Of a DNA stretch of 46,604 nt, positions 43,744 through 46,604 are shown one piece after another. The notes beneath the pieces are model-generated. The model was not told the origin of the DNA. It saw nothing but the letters and a program-made list of their open reading frames with translations, and searched no databases. This DNA comes from a virus (Duplodnaviria > Caudoviricetes). Within the stretch, counting starts at the first letter, position 1. Each line of letters opens with the position of its first letter. The position numbers were made by a program, and so were the translations under genes. The stretch lies in the IMG/VR virus record IMGVR_UViG_3300025646_005550, positions 1 through 46,604 of that record; one strand, 5' to 3'.

Positions 43744-43889
43744 TTTTCGTCTCCAAGAAACTTCGCTAAAGGATCTCTTCGTGTTTTTACAATTTCACAT
43801 GCTCTTTTATAGAACATATTGTTTAGATTACCTGAGGCCTCAAAGGTCTCTTTGATCTTCACCCAATTATCGTAGGTATGTTGATCCAT
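43740..43889 (-). CDS. hypothetical protein (49 aa)
   Basis: MDQHTYDNWVKIKETFEASGNLNNMFYKRACEIVKTRRDPLAKFLGDEK. Confidence 0.7.
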   Translation of the reverse strand: MDQHTYDNWVKIKETFEASGNLNNMFYKRACEIVKTRRDPLAKFLGDEK

Positions 43890-44002
43890 GAGGTATTAAC
43901 TTGTACATAATTATATACTAATCACGGAAGCTCTAACGGCAACCTTATGTGTTCAACTCGTAACACTGATTAAGCAATAATTAAATTTGTAATAATTCTA
44001 AA

Positions 44003-44087
44003 CGGAAAGGAGAGGATTCGAACCTCCGGATGCTTTCACATCGACTGTTTTCAAGACAGTTGCCTTAAACCACTCGGCCACCTTTCC
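44003..44087 (-). tRNA. tRNA-Ser(TGA)
   Basis: Cloverleaf with long variable arm; CTGT-CT-TGA-AA-ACAG. Confidence 0.95.
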
Positions 44088-44089
44088 AA

Positions 44090-44179
44090 CGGAAGTGGTT
44101 GGATTTGAACCAACGGATACACATTAAGTGCATCGGGGGATTAGCAATCCCCTGCATTAAACCGCTCTGCCACACTTCC
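44090..44179 (-). tRNA. tRNA-Ser(GCT)
   Basis: Long variable arm; GGGGA-TT-GCT-AA-TCCCC. Confidence 0.95.
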
Positions 44180-44430
44180 TATCGGATTTCAAAATCCAGT
44201 TTACGAACTTTACGAGCTCTCCTGGATTCTTGATATGCAAGATCTGAAGCACTGAGTACTCCAGAGTTTTTATTTTCTTTTATAGAGTTTAACATGATAA
44301 CTTGATTTAAGTCAACAGCTGTAATAGTGTCACCTTTTACAAGTGTCATGTTATCACATCCACAACAAACTGATTTTGTTGGATGAGACTCCAACTCGGT
44401 GTTACACACCTTACATCTTACTCTTAACAT
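44179..44430 (-). CDS. small zinc-ribbon-like protein
   Basis: CKVC...CCGC; start MLRVRC. Confidence 0.7.
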   Translation of the reverse strand: MLRVRCKVCNTELESHPTKSVCCGCDNMTLVKGDTITAVDLNQVIMLNSIKENKNSGVLSASDLAYQESRRARKVRKLDFEIR

Positions 44431-44445
44431 GGTCCAATACCTCAA

Positions 44446-44943
44446 TTATTCTTCAGTAGTTTCTTCCTTAGTTTCTTCAGTAGTTTCTTCCTTAGTCAAT
44501 CCAGGAGAAGTCTCCATATATGAACGCAACATCCAAACGAATTTTCCATGTGACTCATTTAGATCATCAGCAAGATTTGAAGTTCCTCTTGACTTCTGTG
44601 CATCAGCTTCTTCAGCTACTTCAGTAAGAAGGTTACAGAAATCTTGGTTTGATTTCAACAGATCTTTAACCATTTTATGACAATCTGTTGTACTTTGTCC
44701 AGTTTTTACTTTGGAAACTTCTACAATTCTTTCTAAACTATTGAGTGGTTTGACATTCAAAAACCTCATGTGTTCGGAAATACGATCAATTTCTTCAAAC
44801 ATAGTTTCGTATTGTCCACCAAAGAGAGTGTGAAGTTGTGGAAAATCTTCTCCTACTACATTCCAATGATAAGCCCATGTCTTATGAAATAAGACAAAAA
44901 GAGAAGCTTGTGTATCACTTAGAAGTTTAAAAAGTTTTTCCAT
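44446..44943 (-). CDS. dps: Dps/ferritin-like protein
   Basis: HWNVVG, LHTLF, DRISEH, KFVWML. Confidence 0.92.
   Translation of the reverse strand: MEKLFKLLSDTQASLFVLFHKTWAYHWNVVGEDFPQLHTLFGGQYETMFEEIDRISEHMRFLNVKPLNSLERIVEVSKVKTGQSTTDCHKMVKDLLKSNQDFCNLLTEVAEEADAQKSRGTSNLADDLNESHGKFVWMLRSYMETSPGLTKEETTEETKEETTEE
44449..44496. repeat. perfect 24-bp tandem duplication in the dps 3' end
   Basis: TTCTTCAGTAGTTTCTTCCTTAGT twice, encoding TKEETTEE twice. Confidence 0.9.
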
Positions 44944-44959
44944 TATACTCTTTTTGAAA

Positions 44960-44967
44960 TATTTATA
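44960..44967 (-). promoter_or_regulatory. T4-type late promoter before dps
   Basis: TATAAATA. Confidence 0.75.
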
Positions 44968-45916
44968 ACTTCAATTGAATCTTTGATATTTTAAGATATT
45001 CATTTCGTATTTCTTCTCCATATGATTGGTTTGAGTCTTTTCTACCTTTACAACTACCAACCCCACAAAATCCACAATTTTTACCAACAACCAAATAATT
45101 ATAAATTATATGTTTATATGTTTCAACAGGAGTTGTTTTATACAAATAACTAACATCTATATTATTGGACTGAAGAATAGAAAGAGTGTTAAAAATAAAA
45201 CTCATTCTATTATAGTGCATTAAAGAATTTGCTTCGCAAAATTGTAAATATGCATATTCGTCATTTTGATAAAGACTATGCAGTAAAGCATAGACTGTTC
45301 CAATTTTATGTGATATTTCCGAAGATTTAAAAATATCAGCTACATCGGTTATTTTAGATTGTGAGTTGATATCTGTTAAACAATTTTTATCCCAAGGAAA
45401 ATTCCAGTCATTTTGAATCATGTAATCCAAAAGGAGTCTAAGTTTTTTGGGTTCTGGATTAGTTAAATAATTGTTTCTACCTTCCGGATAATCTACTTTT
45501 AAATAATACTGTTGTTCCTTTTCGTCAATGGTTTCGTATCCAAAAACCTCAATAGCATTGAATTCAAATCCATTCTCATCATAAAGATTTTCAAATATAT
45601 TCAGTTCTTTAATACCACAAGCCCCAATCCAATCAGTGAAATGAGTTTGATATTTTTCCTGAAAAATTCCAGTCTTTCCTGCAAAGACTTTTTTTGAAAC
45701 TAAATTACCAATATAAAAAACATCACATGTTTCAATAAAATCATATTCATCAGTTGTATCATCTGGATGAATATGATGAAATTGATAAGGTACTCCTACG
45801 CCTTTATAATAAAATTTATTCCCCTTATAAACTCTACCATCAACATATTCGATAGAATCCTTAAGATCAATTACCTTACTTACTTCACCAAATTTATCAT
45901 AAACATTGATATTCAT
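44963..45916 (-). CDS. hypothetical protein (317 aa, AT-rich)
   Basis: ORF track; C-terminal CGFCGVGSC. Confidence 0.75.
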   Translation of the reverse strand: MNINVYDKFGEVSKVIDLKDSIEYVDGRVYKGNKFYYKGVGVPYQFHHIHPDDTTDEYDFIETCDVFYIGNLVSKKVFAGKTGIFQEKYQTHFTDWIGACGIKELNIFENLYDENGFEFNAIEVFGYETIDEKEQQYYLKVDYPEGRNNYLTNPEPKKLRLLLDYMIQNDWNFPWDKNCLTDINSQSKITDVADIFKSSEISHKIGTVYALLHSLYQNDEYAYLQFCEANSLMHYNRMSFIFNTLSILQSNNIDVSYLYKTTPVETYKHIIYNYLVVGKNCGFCGVGSCKGRKDSNQSYGEEIRNEYLKISKIQLKL

Positions 45917-45932
45917 TTTTTCTATTTTAGAA

Positions 45933-46004
45933 TGGGAGATACTGGATTCGAACCAGTGACTTCACACTTGTAAGGAGCGCACTCTACCGCTGAGTTAATC
46001 TCCC
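45933..46004 (-). tRNA. tRNA-Val(TAC)
   Basis: Cloverleaf; CGCTC-CT-TAC-AA-GTGTG. Confidence 0.9.
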
Positions 46005-46007
46005 GAG

Positions 46008-46079
46008 AGCGGAATACCGGATTCGAACCGGTGACATCCAACTTGGAAGGATGGCGTTCTACCACTGAACTAATTCCGC
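46008..46079 (-). tRNA. tRNA-Gly(TCC)
   Basis: Cloverleaf; CCATC-CT-TCC-AA-GTTGG; U discriminator. Confidence 0.93.
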
Positions 46080-46087
46080 ATAAGACA

Positions 46088-46116
46088 ATTATAAACTATA
46101 TAGTTTCAATTGTCAA
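46088..46116 (-). promoter_or_regulatory. consensus sigma70 promoter between tRNAs
   Basis: TTGACA-17-TATAAT. Confidence 0.8.
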
Positions 46117-46117
46117 G

Positions 46118-46199
46118 TGTCGATGAAAGGACTTGAACCTTCATGGATTGCTCCACTGGAACCTAAACCCAGCGCGTATACCAATTCCGCCACATCGAC
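46118..46199 (-). tRNA. tRNA-Leu(TAG)
   Basis: Long variable arm; CTGGG-TT-TAG-GT-TCCAG. Confidence 0.95.
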
Positions 46200-46201
46200 A
46201 A

Positions 46202-46305
46202 ATGAGTAGTGAGTGTCCACCACCCGCAGAAGACACTTTCTGCAATTTTCACTGCATTAGAAGGCAGTGAAGATATGATAGAATCGGACATTTCCAACCC
46301 TATCA
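46202..46305 (-). ncRNA. unassigned structured RNA (three hairpins and a pseudoknot)
   Basis: 13-bp, 8-bp and 7-bp stems; loop AGTGTC complementary to downstream GACACT. Confidence 0.55.
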
Positions 46306-46306
46306 A

Positions 46307-46378
46307 CTCCCCCGGCTGGATTCGAACCAGCGACCGATCGGTTAACAGCCGATAGCTCTACCGCTGAGCTACAGAGGA
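46307..46378 (-). tRNA. tRNA-Asn(GTT)
   Basis: Cloverleaf; ATCGG-CT-GTT-AA-CCGAT. Confidence 0.95.
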
Positions 46379-46464
46379 ATGATGGAGTAAACGTAATACA
46401 TCTCATAAGGATATAACAGAGGTTTACCCTCTATCACTTTTATATATGGAGAATAAATCTCCAA

Positions 46465-46538
<74 letters not shown>

Positions 46539-46546
46539 ATAAGACA

Positions 46547-46575
46547 ATCATACCAGTAAAAGATTTGATTGTCAA
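46547..46575 (-). promoter_or_regulatory. sigma70 promoter between tRNAs
   Basis: TTGACA-17-TATGAT. Confidence 0.8.
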
Positions 46576-46576
46576 G

Positions 46577-46604
46577 TGGGAAATACTGGACTTGAACCAG
46601 TGAC
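46577..46604 (-). tRNA. 3' part of a tRNA; anticodon outside the window
   Basis: GTCACTGGTTCAAGTCCAGTATTTCCCA: T arm and acceptor strand. Confidence 0.8.

Noticed and set aside
44003-44087. Suppressor or selenocysteine tRNA, or a recoded genetic code
   Set aside because: Anticodon TGA reads the Ser codon UCA; conserved genes end normally at standard stop codons
458-45973. Many plus-strand ORFs in the track (for example 1870, 4208, 24057, 36217, 37990)
   Set aside because: They are antisense shadows of well-supported minus-strand genes or tRNAs and show no motifs; only 38501..39130 occupies its own space

Overview
This 46.6-kb window is part of a T4-like cyanomyovirus genome, probably infecting a freshwater Synechococcus/Cyanobium-type host (host is inference). 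Almost every gene is on the minus strand. 1-23 kb: densely packed small hypothetical genes with AT-rich enzyme inserts (2OG-Fe(II) oxygenase, a 632-aa nuclease-like protein, DNA methyltransferase with an endonuclease VII-like gene, sulfotransferase, two radical SAM proteins, duplicated fucosyltransferase-like genes), plus cp12, an RlpA-like gene and tRNA-Ala. 23-28 kb: photosynthesis block (psbD, psbA with a structured leader, peroxiredoxin, petF, two hli genes, two small beta-barrel proteins). 28-38.5 kb: a 13-gene glycan synthesis cluster with nadE inside it. 38.5-46.6 kb: a wcaG/manA-type structured RNA, gnd, talC, ndhP, a candidate ndhQ-like gene, a Phd-like gene, dps and most of the tRNAs (11 complete in the window, one partial). 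Most notable: a palindromic box 30-31 bp upstream of the -10 element in five promoters; a repeated-module structured RNA cut off from its usual downstream gene; an unexplained pseudoknotted RNA among the tRNAs; small NDH-1L subunit genes missed by the ORF track. All family calls come from motif recognition by eye; no database search was run.
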